Source: Penicillus capitatus
Lineage: Eukaryota > Plantae > Chlorophyta
Assembly (NCBI GenBank): GCA_965649825.1
Contig: OZ287694.1
Coordinates: forward strand, 1,673,197 to 1,737,196
Length of the DNA stretch: 64,000 nt
Direction: 5' to 3'
Part shown: positions 12,342 through 24,389 of the stretch, piece by piece
Position numbering within the stretch: the stretch's first letter is position 1
How the letters are laid out: each line of letters begins with the position of its first letter
Program-made: the position numbers and the translations under genes
Notes under the pieces: model-generated
Told to the model about the DNA's origin: nothing
The model's database searches: none
What the model saw: only the letters and a program-made list of their open reading frames with translations

Positions 12342-13799
12342 GCGTGCGTAACAGTTCGTCCTTCCTCGATTCTCTAGCCGACAAGCTCTCGCCGAAGAAC
12401 GAATGAGCGTCAAGATTAAGCTGCTTGCATAGCCACGCGATGTATGTATATGACTGTACAATTACATGGCTTCGGATTTTACATGTACCATAAGCAAACA
12501 GAGAACAAGAGCATTCATCGCAAGGTTCACAAATTGACAGGAACACGAAAGATCTAGTCATTTAGGAGAGAAGAGATTGCAATGAGATCGCGAAGCTGCC
12601 GTCTGAGCTCGCATTCTAATCGAGGACCGTACTGATGGCTAGTCAGGAACGGAGAGTTTCCGATACACACAAAGAATGTGCAGGTATGCTGAGCGTTCCA
12701 GAGCTGTAAGCATTGGGACACTTAAGATTGGCTTTTTGGATTCCACGTCTCCTCGACTGCGTCTCCGAATATTGCTTCTTATGTCTACTGACTCCAACAT
12801 CAATAACTTGGAGTTCATGCTGTGTGTGCCTGCGTCCTTCTACTGTTGGGAAGAGCGACTGACAGGTGCTTCGAAGAAGGATACATTGATGCTATATACT
12901 TATCCTCTGTCCACACGACAAGATACAGGAGGCTAGGGTTTCTTAGTCACTTTGTACTCTAGGATTCACAGATTACTGATGATCCACTTCTCTTGCATAC
13001 TCCATCAGACGCGAGGACATCTCTCGAAGAAAACTCTGGATTTGAGAGGAGACTGCATCTTCAAATGGCAGATTTGCTCCTGCACTGTCTCATGTGACAT
13101 CATAATCGACGCCTCAATGAAATCGACGGACAGCCTTCCACTGAAAGACTGAATCATTCTCAGTCAGTGTATCTTTGACAGAGAGCATCGATTGCTTGTT
13201 CATATGTTCGAGGTGCAGAGATTCACAATGCTGCGGAGCCTTGACGCAATCGAAAAGCTATCATCGGCAGATTTTGCAAAGTGCTGAACATGCAAGGACC
13301 GGTAGGCAGTGTATGCCCTGAACGTTCCTTACTATGTATGCGATATACCCCCATCGTCAAGATGATCTGATCAAAACACAGGATTAACCGTCGTACAAAC
13401 ATAACCGACGTCGCACCGCACAATGCGCATTTCAGCATTTGTCCTTTCTGTCCGTCCGTCCGTCGACTTCGCCAAACGCAAAGAGCTTCGTCGCGGTGCT
13501 TACTCTCCGAACGAGATAGCCATGCGACGGAAGGTGTTCATCTCGGAACGTCAACCTTCGTGCGCCGACGCACGCACAGCTTGTGAGGTTATCCGTCTTC
13601 GGGAACTGTCCCTAGGTCGACGAAGTAACCTGAACCCTCCGAAAACAGCGAACGCAGCGATGGAAGTCCGATGCGCTTTAACGGTGGACCGCGTTCGCAT
13701 TGCCGAAGTCCGATACCCTGACAGAGGGGTCGGCCAGAACTGGGGCCCGTGACACTACGGTCCGCGACCTGCGCTTGCCGTTGCGCTATCCGTCCGGAG

Positions 13800-13905
13800 C
13801 AGCGTGAACAAAACACGCCTCTCCGGCCACAAAACCGTCTACGTTCTTTCCATCGCCGGCCGTATCGCCAAGCACTTCACGAACGGCTCGTGAGGCACAA
13901 TCCGG
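13800..13905 (+). pseudogene. Single WD40-like repeat remnant
   Basis: LSGHKTVYVLSIAGRIAKHFTNGS*GTIR matches the GH...GS.DGTIR pattern with an in-frame stop. Followed by an intron-like GT..CTGA..CAG segment (about 13932-13991). Confidence 0.3.
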
Positions 13906-13989
13906 TCAGCGGCGTCCCCGGGAAATCCTCGTAATTCAATTCCTTCCTCTGCTCCGCCGTCTTACTGAACATGTGCTTGTGTTCGTCGC

Positions 13990-14620
13990 AGATGCAGCCG
14001 TCACTGGTGGCGGCACCTGGCTGACGCAGCTCTGCGGTGGGCCAAGCGGAGTATGCGTGGACGTGGCGTCATTCGGAAGCACTGGGCCCGATCCAAGCCG
14101 CTCTGCATTCGGATCTGTCTCCAGTACTCTGAAGGCGGCTGGCGAAGGAGACCCCACCCAGGACCCGCATTTTTATCTTTTCTATAAGGGTCTCTGCCTG
14201 TTTAGGGTCTTTTCTTTCCTTCCTGGGTGGGGTTTTTAGATTCTTTCCAATTAGGTGATAGTTTTTAGCACTTTGATCAGGTCCTGCTCTTTCTGTTTTC
14301 TTTACTCAATGTGTTTAGCATAGCCTCTTCCTTGATTGTTCATTTCATGTTCTGTTTCATTTCAACCTGTGATTTTTGGACATTTTGCCCCTCCTCATTT
14401 GATCGTCTTTGATGGTGTTTCGATCTTGTTTCCTTCTATTGTCTGTAGTCCTGTGAATGTGTCTTTGCTTGCTTGTGTACCATCTGGGCTTGAGACCGGC
14501 CCCCTGCTTTCTGTCTTTTGCCTTCCTTCTTCATTTTCGGTCAGCTGAGTGTATCTTTCCTGTTCGCTTTTGTGTGCTGTCGTTCTTTTCTATTTCTTTC
14601 TTGTGTGTACTTTTTTATTC
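13990..14620 (+). mobile_element. Probable 5'-truncated non-LTR retrotransposon relic (L1/Tx1-like ORF2 tail plus T-rich 3' UTR)
   Basis: Short frame HWWRHLADAALRWAKRSMRGRGVIRKHWARSKPLCIRI...* is followed by about 450 nt of strongly T-rich, A-poor sequence (14160-14620) unlike the rest of the window. No RT domain, poly(A) or TSD was seen. Confidence 0.35.
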
Positions 14621-16762
14621 GCGTGCGCGCCGACACGACTCCTTAGCTGGCGCTGCAGGGGGAAAATGCAGTGAGTGTGTGGGGTGTGGCATTGCACGGG
14701 TCGGTGTCCCTGTCGTGGAAGGTGACAGAAGCGGGCCCTGCAAGCTTTCGCAACCCCCCAGGTAACTCGGATCGCTCTCTCATAGGAGCTGACAAGCACG
14801 GTTGTTCGAATAGGCTGTTGGCTGGGTTGCCATCCACCTCCGATGGACGGCTGGCGATATACCTTACCCGGGGCGACGCCTGACTGGAAACAACTGAAGG
14901 TATCAATCCGTGCACAGAGCCACTTCGTTCAACGGGGCGCCGGAAACAACGGCAGCCATGAGGTGGTCAACTAAAGTTTCTCGTCTCCAACTCTCGATCG
15001 CCGCCCTTTACATGTCTACACTAAGCTGTATTCTTAAGGCGGGTGCAGTATGACCATCATGCGCTGCCCTTCTTATTCAAGGAATCCACTCTTACAGAGT
15101 CGCTAATCTGTATGTACCACGCAAACGCCACTCAGATCTTGGCATCATGCCCCCACTTTATGCCTTGTGGGATCTTGTTCTCATTGGCAGTGGGCTCTTT
15201 GCTGTTCATGTTTCTTTTTTCGACCGTGCCAGGAAAGGACAGTCCGTTCTTGGCTTCCTAGGCACAACAAGTTGAACGGAGCGCACGTACACTGACTGCT
15301 GAGTTGTGGAGTGATGTGCCTTGCGTCGCTTAGGTCTGCTGTTCTTCTTCGTTTTAAAGACTAGAAATGAAGAAGAGGGAACAGTTAAATTATACTTATG
15401 ACTAAATAACAGTTCTGGAAGCTGATGGATCTGACACTCATCTTACTTCTTTGCATGGCGATAGTACTTACCGACAGACTGATCTACTACGTTGGGAGTT
15501 TGGGACGACATGCACAGTTGGATGTCCCTTTCGCGCTTGAAAGAGTCTCTTGCCTTCTTGAGTAATGTTTAGTGGGATTCAATGACTCAACTCTCTTCCT
15601 GTCCAATGGACGGACGGCCTCCGGTGATTCCTCTGTAAACGCATAGATGTTTTAACGTCGGCGATGGCAGAAGACACTGCCCGGTCTCATAATCAGTACC
15701 ACCATTTAAGTCATGTTTCTAGATTGCGAGCCCAGTCGATGTCATCTGTTATCTCCGATGTTTGGCCTCATATCTCACCTGCAAATAAGAAGTTAGTGGT
15801 CGTTGTATACGCTAAAAGTGTGCATCTCAACGTTGGCCAGGTCATCCAGTATCAATAGCCGACAAGACGTCCGGATGTGAACTCAGTCTTGGATGAGTAT
15901 TTAGTACTTAAGCACGATCTTCAAGCATTCATTACCTCAAGTTAAAAACTAATGGTCCTCTGTTATAAAGTCTCCTTAATCTCACAATAGTCGTGCCGTA
16001 CGATGGATACGCTGTCAGATCCGAGAGATAACACAAAACAAGGTGACAGATCAGAATTAACGGATTCGCTGTGAGCTGTGCGATGTTTCCGCTTTCTGTA
16101 AAGACACTTATCATTCGGGCGTCCTAATCCTGCCATGTGCAAACAGCTCAAATTTCTGTCCATATCGGCGTCAACTCGTATTGCATGCCCGAGGATGTTT
16201 CTTTGCAAGCCAATGCTGCTTACCGTCTGTAACATTCTTCGCCCCTTTTTGAAAGAAAGCAAGTCACTCGATGTAGATTCGCTCCATGAACTCTTCGCTG
16301 ATTAGGATTTCTAGCAGAAAACAGCTCTATGTGCCGACTGCCGTTGCCGCATCTCTTCAAAGAAACGCATCTTACCTTTCGGACGAAACGAGACAACATA
16401 GAGAAAGCAAACAGATAGAGACAGATCGAAGGATATGGACAGAAAGAAGGCTTTCATCATGGCTGCAACGAATCTTATATATTACGTTCTTGAGACGTAA
16501 CTGCAGCAGAGTGCATCATTTCGCAGAAAAGGATCAGGTACAGGACACGGTCCTTGTCGAATTCGGGGATCGGTTAAGAGAAGAAGCAAGCTTCGAGGCG
16601 ATATTGCAAACATCTGCATTTCATAAAGCCATCGTTATTGTTCTCGATGCCTACACATCTGCTACGTTCCGAAGGAACATTAAAGAATACTTGAACATTG
16701 ATTGGCTAGCGATCAGAAAACGCGTTGACATCAAAAATCATTGCCATACGGAGATTCTATCT

Positions 16763-19135
16763 TCATGTGGCGGCGGACGGGTCAATCCTATCCAGCTTTT
16801 GAAGGACCTGGTCCATAGCTGTCTCCAGCCTACTCGCAGAATTCTCCAGACTGTTCATTCTCTCTTTCAGTCCTTTCACCTCGCCTTCTAAGGCTGCATG
16901 CTGCTCCTTGAATTCTTCCGCGTTCTTTCGAGCTTCAGACTTGATAGCCTTTTCAACCGCCATCAGTCTTCCTTGCCATTTGCCGACACGCGATTCCAGT
17001 TTGCGGCCGTCAACAGGAACCAGATAATGAAAGAAAAAATGATCCGGTTCAGAAGTGACAGCATAACTTGGCAATCCACGAAAGGAAAGATAGGCGTGAA
17101 CCGAATACCTGAGAGCCGATTCCACTTTTTTTCTGTGGCACCATCAATCATTGTCACTGAGCTTTTAGAATAATCTCTGATGAGCTTACGCGATGCGTTT
17201 GTTTGAGCCACGTTTAAAACATGGACAGTTGGAGATGATTCGGAGTCGGAGTTTTCTCAGTTCTGCTTTCTCCTTTGCATGGACTCTGTCGTACGTATCC
17301 GTCAGGATGGCGATCAGCAGACTGATCAGCATAATCGGTGTGAAGTAGATGAAGGAAGCGAACAGCAGAGTGGCCCACACTGTAAGAAAGTTGCTCGAGG
17401 ATCGAAACATCTGCATCGGAAAGACAGGCACAGCATTTAGGAGATAGCAGAAAAGGTGGAGATGGACGTACTTCCACGTCGAAGTTTCCGATGCACGAGT
17501 AGACGAGGGTCTCGATTGCACGTGGAAGGGAACTGAAGTTTCCATCGTCATCTTTAATGTACCCGCTTTGGAAGATCGCCATGAATGCCACCGAATATCC
17601 GAGAATCATAACAGCGACGAGCAGCAGAAAACGCCAGGAGTCCTTGACTGCCGAATTCACCATCGAAATGAACGGCCCCAGTCGATCAGATGCTTGTGCC
17701 AAGCGGAATATCTAGAGATCATGAATGCACGCACTTTGAAGACAGTCAGACAAGTGTCAATGTGAAAGGTACCGAGATCCACTGAAGGATACAACCAAGA
17801 GATAGTAGAAAGGCGGGGTATTCGTAGTCGCTAGTTGTGATGCAGATCTGAATGAAAAGCACATACTCAAGAAGAAGTATGCTGAGCCTGCAGACATCCA
17901 TTCAACAGACTGGTTTGTGGATTAAGACAGTAGATGGTTTCTTGCCTTGCATACGACCAGTAGAAGAAAAGGCCTCCTTTTCGAAGTAGCATCGAAACAG
18001 ACAACAGTCCTAACAGAAGTGGCCGATACGCTGCTCCGATGTCGTCTCTGCGCCAGTACAGTTGGGAAGAGACCGTGAAGATCAGGGTGAGTATGCTATC
18101 GATGGTGATAAAGAAATAGTATAAGTGGCGCGTATAATAGAACCACCAATCGACCAAGGTCTTCAGCGTCTCAGATTCGAGAATCTCTATTGAGAGATCC
18201 TGTTTTTTGAGGTAGATAGAGAGATGAATTCTTTCCTCCGTCAAAAACGGAAACAGACTGCAGCAAAAGAATTTGGCAGCGACCGTCGTTTTCATATCTG
18301 ACAACTGCCGCAGATCGTTTGAGTGTTCCTTGCATCTGGCCATCCAGTAAGCCTTTGTTCCCTCACTGTCGTCCATTGCCCGTTTGTCCGGAGGTGTGTT
18401 TGTCATCATAGCAATCGGATACTTTCCGTTTTTGCGGATCAGAGAACGAGGTACCGTGAATCTGCCGTACTCGAACGAGAACTTGTCGTTCTTGATGTAT
18501 TCCGTCATCAGGTCAGGGAACGCTCCGATGAGAAGCGTGAGGTACTTGGTAAGAATGTCACAGGACTGCTCCAGTGGTAGCTTCTGCTGCGCCACGAAGT
18601 CGAGGACGAATTTCGCAACGACCTCGACCTGGTTGTCGATTGCCCACTTAAGTGTCTGACACTCTCCAGTCTTAGAGTCGACCAGCCTCGCAGGTATCAG
18701 CACCTGCTCAAACAGCAGCAATGCACAGGCAAACTGTTTTTGCGCAATGGCGTCACAGACAAGCGGAGCGCCATTCTTATTCACCGCGTGGACCAGTTCC
18801 TCTCCGTACTTAGTGATCAATCTGTTACAGTCACGCTCCGTCATCGGACGAAACGTTCTCTGGCTTGGGCTTACCGTCGTGTCTCTTCTTCGGTCCAGCA
18901 GTCGACGTCGATGCGAAGCCGGCGCGTTACGATGTTCGAGGCATCGCTGTCTTGTTCTAAAACGGAGGATTTCAAAACGCCGCGTCCAGAAGAAGACGCA
19001 ACAGGTCGACAGGTCTGCCCCCGAGTAAGTCATCCGTGCATTACCTTCATGTTCGTTTGCTTTCGGTGCATCCGAACGCGCCTCTGGTGGTAGCAGTGGT
19101 GTTCCACTACTGCCTTCGCCGGAGCCACGGTTCAT
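16763..19135 (-). CDS. TRP-type cation channel paralog TRP-3 (sister of TRP-2), spliced
   Basis: MNRGSG start, CWTEEETRR then intron, NGAPLVCDAI, GC-AG intron 17888-17945, DRLGPFISMV, FSSLPRAIETLVYSCIGNFD, ISLLIAILTDTYDRV, FHYLVP..KWQGRL, stop at 16763. Confidence 0.88.
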
Positions 19136-19639
19136 GTGTACGCAGCAGTTCGTCTTTCCTCGATACGCTGCTCGAAAAGCGTTCGCCGCAGCACGGATGA
19201 GCGTCGAGATGAAGCTGCTTTCACAGCCACGCGAAATGATGCGCGCGATGGTGTCGGCAGTCCTTTAATGATGGCTGTCACCATCAATAACAGGTATTGA
19301 GTGCAGAAATTACAAAACGATAATCTATCATCCATTTCACCAATGCGATAAGCGAGCAGTATGGTGTCCCTCATCCTACCAGGCTCAACGTGTCTGTAGA
19401 TGTTGATATCGTCCAACTGATGATTTACAATTGGGATCGCACGCGTTCATTAGTCTGCGCCCATTGTCTCACCTTTTCCTCCACCACCCTGACAGAAACC
19501 TTGCGCAAGAACGACAAGACTATCCATGTTTCAGGAAGACAAAGTGAGAATTCTTGAGAAGATTGTCGACCGATGATTGACGGAGTGGATGAACACTGAA
19601 GATTTGGATACTCGAAAACACTCTATTCTTCCCCAGCGG

Positions 19640-19850
19640 TGGTGGCAAATGTCGTTCTTTCTCAAACACGCCAGACGCTCCTCTTCTGCCTTGCAAAACT
19701 TTGCATCGCTGTCGCCATTATTCGTCTAAAACGACAACTCCGTGCGGCAGAAGACGCATCGTGATGTAAAGACGACCTGAAGAATTGCGGCGACCACGGC
19801 ATCGGCAAGGTATCGTACAACCACTCTTCCTCTCAGCATCTTGCGATCCA
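19640..19850 (-). pseudogene. CPSF3: CPSF73 C-terminal domain fragment (copy A)
   Basis: LADAVVAAILQ, intron, FCKAEEERLACLRKN. Homologous to 27205-28085 with mostly synonymous differences in this frame. Confidence 0.55.
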
Positions 19851-19909
19851 GTTTCTCGGCAAAGGCCTTCGGTGTCCATTCGAAGGCACAGAAAAGGCGT
19901 GGATGGTAG

Positions 19910-20530
19910 AAACGTTCATCAGTCGGAGCAGCTGACGTCATCCGACCTCTCCATACGCATCTTCAAGTCGGAGTTCGGATGGACCCTTTCCAGTTGGGAG
20001 TTCCAGTCACGTTTCCATCTACTGTGCTTACTGTATCCTTCCTCTGGATACACTCGCCGTTTTCCTCTCTTTGATGTTTTCCGGCGGTATGGTCTGCGAG
20101 ATATGAATCCGATCTAGCTTGTGATAACTGACTGGTACGTAAGAATTCTCATCATCTCGTGACACTTGCCGCGTGATGACGGTAGAAGTCAGGTTTTCGA
20201 AGATCAAAACAGTCAATGGTAAAGATAAAAGGGAAGAAAGAGTAATTCTTAAACGTAGGACTGTCAGCATTGTGGTCACTGAATGCATAGAAAGAGCATT
20301 ACCAAAACGGCAGTCTTCCTCGCAGATTGTGCATCCAACATGCAGTTTAAAGTGTTTGGTTCAACACAACTAACTCAGCTAGTATTACGATAGTACACTC
20401 GGGACACCTTTCTGAAAGAAGTGGATTCAAGGTCATATCGATTGTCTTGGTTGGAATCCTGTGCAGGTTTCGAACGAAGAGCGCACGCAATGAAGCTGGG
20501 TCCAATTTCATCAGCATTCAACGGTTTGCA
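19910..20530 (+). pseudogene. Inverted decayed TRP fragment (TRP-1-like, pre-S1 to S4-S5 linker)
   Basis: HQSEQLTSSDLSIRIFKSEFGWTLSSWEF vs TRP-1 HLLERLASSNLPIRVFKSESIRSISNWVF; TVEVRFSKIK vs TIRFSKIK; weak KLGP. Contains stops and frameshifts. Confidence 0.55.
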
Positions 20531-21498
20531 TTTAACACGCAGATCTGCCACTGAACCTATTGATCGAGCCAGACAGCTTTTTTGAGTATTTCTCTGTTCT
20601 GCATGTCCGAGAGATTAGACAGTACAAGGTAAGCGCTTTCTTCTCCATGGACACGAAGACTGAAGGAATGAAACAGGAACTATTGTGGAAGGCATGTACA
20701 GAAATGGATTCCAAGCAACGTAGCGACACATCGTGCATCTCCACTGAGACATGAATAAAAGAGTGAAGCTCTGATGCATTCCATCAGATCCAACCCGAGA
20801 ACCATATCTCGTGATCTGATTAGCTTTCTCCGAGTGTGCCCATGGCTCTCTTTGCGCAATCCGTAGAGCGACAGAAATTTTTCTGGTCTCTTAAGGTTAT
20901 CTATCGCACTGTCGTCAGCAGAGACCAACAGATAAGACATCACACAGATATACGATCCCTCCCTGCGGAGGAATCGCAAACAGAGCTGTATGTGAAAGAA
21001 TAGAAGACAATTTGTCCTCTGGCTCACAGAAGTGATTCCCACCAGAGGAGTGATCCGCTCGGAGATTGATCTCTCGGATACTCGACTCTTCGCCTCAGCG
21101 CTTTGCTCTTTTTGAACGCTCTCGGTGCGAAAAGGTGAGAGTTAATCCGTTTTCACTGTCCATTTCTTTCCCCGTCACGGAAACGCCCAGATGCTTCTGT
21201 TGCTGAGATCGTCGTTTTCGTTAGCCCTTTTGCACCTCGCACGAACGAAGCAGACCGAAAACCTAGCTTCGGGTACTCGTAGTCGATTACCATTCGCCCT
21301 CGCGACCATCGCTTGGCAGTGACCAGACATTGATAGGCCCGTCGTCCGTCGAACTTTGCAGAAAACGTGTCGCCGTTGCAGGTGACTGGGAAAAACTGAC
21401 GAGACCTTGAGCAAGGGAGGTTGGTTGTTATGCTCTGCGCTGTCACTGTAGGTGAAGGACAGTTGGTAGCTGCACATTTACATCGCGCGGGAGACCTA

Positions 21499-21521
21499 CT
21501 AGCTTCCGGGTCACGTCAGAA
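21499..21521 (+). promoter_or_regulatory. 23-bp motif conserved upstream of both serpins, containing a bZIP-type TGACGTGA (reverse strand)
   Basis: CTAGCTTCCGGGTCACGTCAGAA is identical at 21499-21521 and 55461-55483, about 100-140 bp upstream of the ATGs. Confidence 0.45.
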
Positions 21522-21617
21522 GCAGGTTAAAAAGACGGCTGTCGCGGCCGTTATTTGTCATCGTAGCCTTTTCGTTTTGCCCTATCTGCGACGGCGTTCC
21601 TTCTAAACTCGAACAGC

Positions 21618-22856
21618 ATGCATTCGGTTTTCATCGGCGAACCGTTATCGACTGCAAACTCGGTGAACGCCTTCGGGCAGAAACTCTTGTCCGAATGGAG
21701 GCCGCAGCACGTGGACGAGAATCTCATCTTCTCGCCCCTGTCCATAGCCGTGTGCTTCCTCCTCGTCTACAACGGCGCTCGCGGCGAGACCAAGGCCGAA
21801 CTCGAGAATCTCTTCGAATTCGATGTGTGCTGGTGCTTCGCACGTGCGATTTGGCTGAGCACCTGTGTCTAGGATGAACGCGTCAGAAGCAGCCTTTCCT
21901 CCAAGGCGACGGCGTACTCGGGCGACTTCGTCGCGAAGATGGCGAACCGCATCTACGTCGAGCAGTCGGTCAAAATCAGGAAAAAGTACGTGAAGCACGT
22001 CGGGCCGGCCAACGTCAGATCGGTGGATTTCCGTCGATCCTCCGAAGACGTCCGCGTCCGAATCAACGCATGGGTGAATAAGAGAACGGCAGGGCTGATT
22101 CCGGATATCCTTCCACAAGGAGTCCTCTCAACCGACACGGCCCTCGTCGCCGTCAACGCCCTCTACTTCAAGGGAAGCTGGAAGACGTGTTTCCCCGCGT
22201 ACGGGACAAGAGACGACATCTTCCACGCAGTCGGTGGCGACCAGAGGGTGCCCTTCATGTCGATATACGTTGAAAGCTTTCGCGTCAAGGATGTGCGTGC
22301 GTTGGACGCCCTTCTGTTTGCCATGCCGTACAAGGGCGATGCATTCACGATGTATGTCCTGCTGCCGAACAAGCGCGACGGATGGAAGACAGCAGAACAG
22401 GGCCTCTCGGGTCAGATCGGCTCACTGTTTGCCGGCGGGTTCCGCGATCGTGAGGTCAACGAGCTCAAAGTGCCCAAGTGGGAAATGGAGCAGACGCTAG
22501 AGCCTCTGAAAGACATGCTTGTCAAGCTCGGCCTATCGACTGCCTTCTCGTCTGCGGCAGATTTCTCTGGAATCTCTCGTATTACACCGTTGAACATCTC
22601 CAAAGTCATTCACAAGGCCAAGATCGTAGTGGACGAAGAGGTCGAGATTCTTTACGGCCTCGGTGATGACTGAAGTGTGTCGTAGGGCGCGGAAGCGTCA
22701 GTGGCGACGGTCGTCGAAGGATTAGAGGGGTTTGGTTCCTATTCCACTTTTCCTCCCCCGTTCAACATCATCGTCGACCGTCCTTTTCTGTACTTCATCG
22801 TGGACGAAGCAGACGGGACGATTCTCTTCCAAGGAACGCAGACAAAGATTGAATGA
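21618..22856 (+). CDS. Serpin A (intracellular, no signal peptide), 2 introns (21825-21872, 22641-22685)
   Basis: NLIFSPLSI, MANRIYV, INAWVNKRTAGLIPDIL, VNALYFKGSW, VPFM, LPNK, PKWEME, HKAKIVVDEE|GAEA hinge, VDRPFLYFI..ILFQG. Confidence 0.95.
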
Positions 22857-24389
22857 CGATGGAGAAAGGCATTGATCAAGAAGTCTCTTGTTGAGGAACG
22901 TTGCTCTTTTCAGTACCTTAGATGGCATGCAGTTTTGCTTTAATGTTTGTCAGAAGTACGATGAACCAGTCCTTTCATCAGTGGCAGACGTTGTGGTCGA
23001 TCAGTTCGACATTTTAATCTCAGACATGAGCCACATTAGAGTACGACGCTCGCTTCAAGACGCATGACGCTACAGAGGGAACGGTGTTTTCTTCTAACAG
23101 CGATTACTTTGACCTTGACAACCCCTTGCCTTCATCCCTGTTTTGGTCCCTTTAGCTCTTCGAGGTAACAAAATGCACGACAGAGTGACATAAGCCACAC
23201 AACTGCGGAGCAAAACTCCACGCTCTACGCCAGCATTCGAATAATGTCAATAAAAAATCTCGAGCTTTGGAATGTCGAAGTTAGAGGACGCGCGTCACTG
23301 GGGTAAACGAAACGATTGTGGCCTGGTTTTACTGGGTTTAAGAAATAAGTAATGGAGGAGTGAGAAGACCGCTGAGAGTGTTTCTACGAGGCAATACACC
23401 TATCACAGAAGTACTGAACCAGTCCGTGCTGTCGAATCGCGACCAAGCAACGATAAGTAAAGAACAAACCCTAATGTGTAAGAGTGAGACAGACCATCCG
23501 TATCTTTGTAAGATGCATGTAGGGCTTCGTCTTCAGTGACCGTTCGGCAGAGATCTGCCAAAACACAACGCACGTCTGGTTTCGTGTGTTCGGAGAGAAC
23601 AAATGCATAAGAAGTGGTCGGAATTATGGTTTAGTGTGACACGTGCGACAGTGGTCGTATCAACGTTCTTAGTGATTCTGGTGTTGCGGGCAAGAATGCC
23701 ATCAGAAAAGGCATAAGTACTGAGGCGAGGACAAAGGACATCTGACACATTGGTTTGTCGCACATTTCTCTTGTTCGAAGGAGAGGTGATCTCAACTGCG
23801 TCGCTCTCCGAATGCTGTTGGACGCTTTTTCGAGGCTATTCCTGTCGAAGCACTCGCACTCATCGCCCCAACCGCGAGCTCGAGCACAGCGCAATGTAAA
23901 AGCATCGGCGTAGCACAGCGAACCGCGAATGATCGGAGCAGCGGCGCCGTTGTCTGCTAGATGGCCACGCTCTCTGCAGGATCGAGGTCGGTCATCTGTG
24001 GAGACCGCGCAAATTCGTACAGAGGTCTCGACACAGTGGAGAGATTTCCGGTGACCGCATCGCGTGGATATACTATTCAAACAACACTCCTTCACAATAC
24101 CAATGAGCGTTCAGCGTCGTTCATGCGTTTCTTGCCCAGGTAAACTTGCGAGAGATTTGTGTGCTAAGATCTGTCTCCGATGAGGAATTGAGGAAACAAT
24201 GAAATGCGTGATTACTTAGAAATCCGATCGGGAAGGTCTTTCGCAGCCACCGTCGGCATGGAATGCCAAAATACCATCGAAAGTGTCAGCAACAACCTCC
24301 CGTTAGACATGCTTCTTGGTAAAGGAAAGCAAGACGAAAAGTAAGATATGTCGCTGCAAAGCAGATTGACTTGCATCCTTAGCAGTCGC

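Noticed and set aside
14855-14880. ATACCTTACCCGG resembling the U1 snRNA 5' end, with CATTGCAC nearby
   Set aside because: The 5' motif is imperfect, CATTGCAC (about 14688) lies upstream rather than downstream, and no Sm site or U1 stems were found.
15130-15260. LGIMPPLYAL resembling MFS-4 EGIMPMLYA
   Set aside because: An isolated short match with no flanking MFS motifs.
16286-16891. 201-aa plus-strand ORF
   Set aside because: Its 3' part is antisense to the TRP-3 coiled-coil exon and no motif was recognised; treated as incidental.
22960-22990. CTGATGA on the minus strand as a hammerhead core or C/D-box snoRNA
   Set aside because: No stem II followed by GAAA, and the C-to-D box distance is too short.
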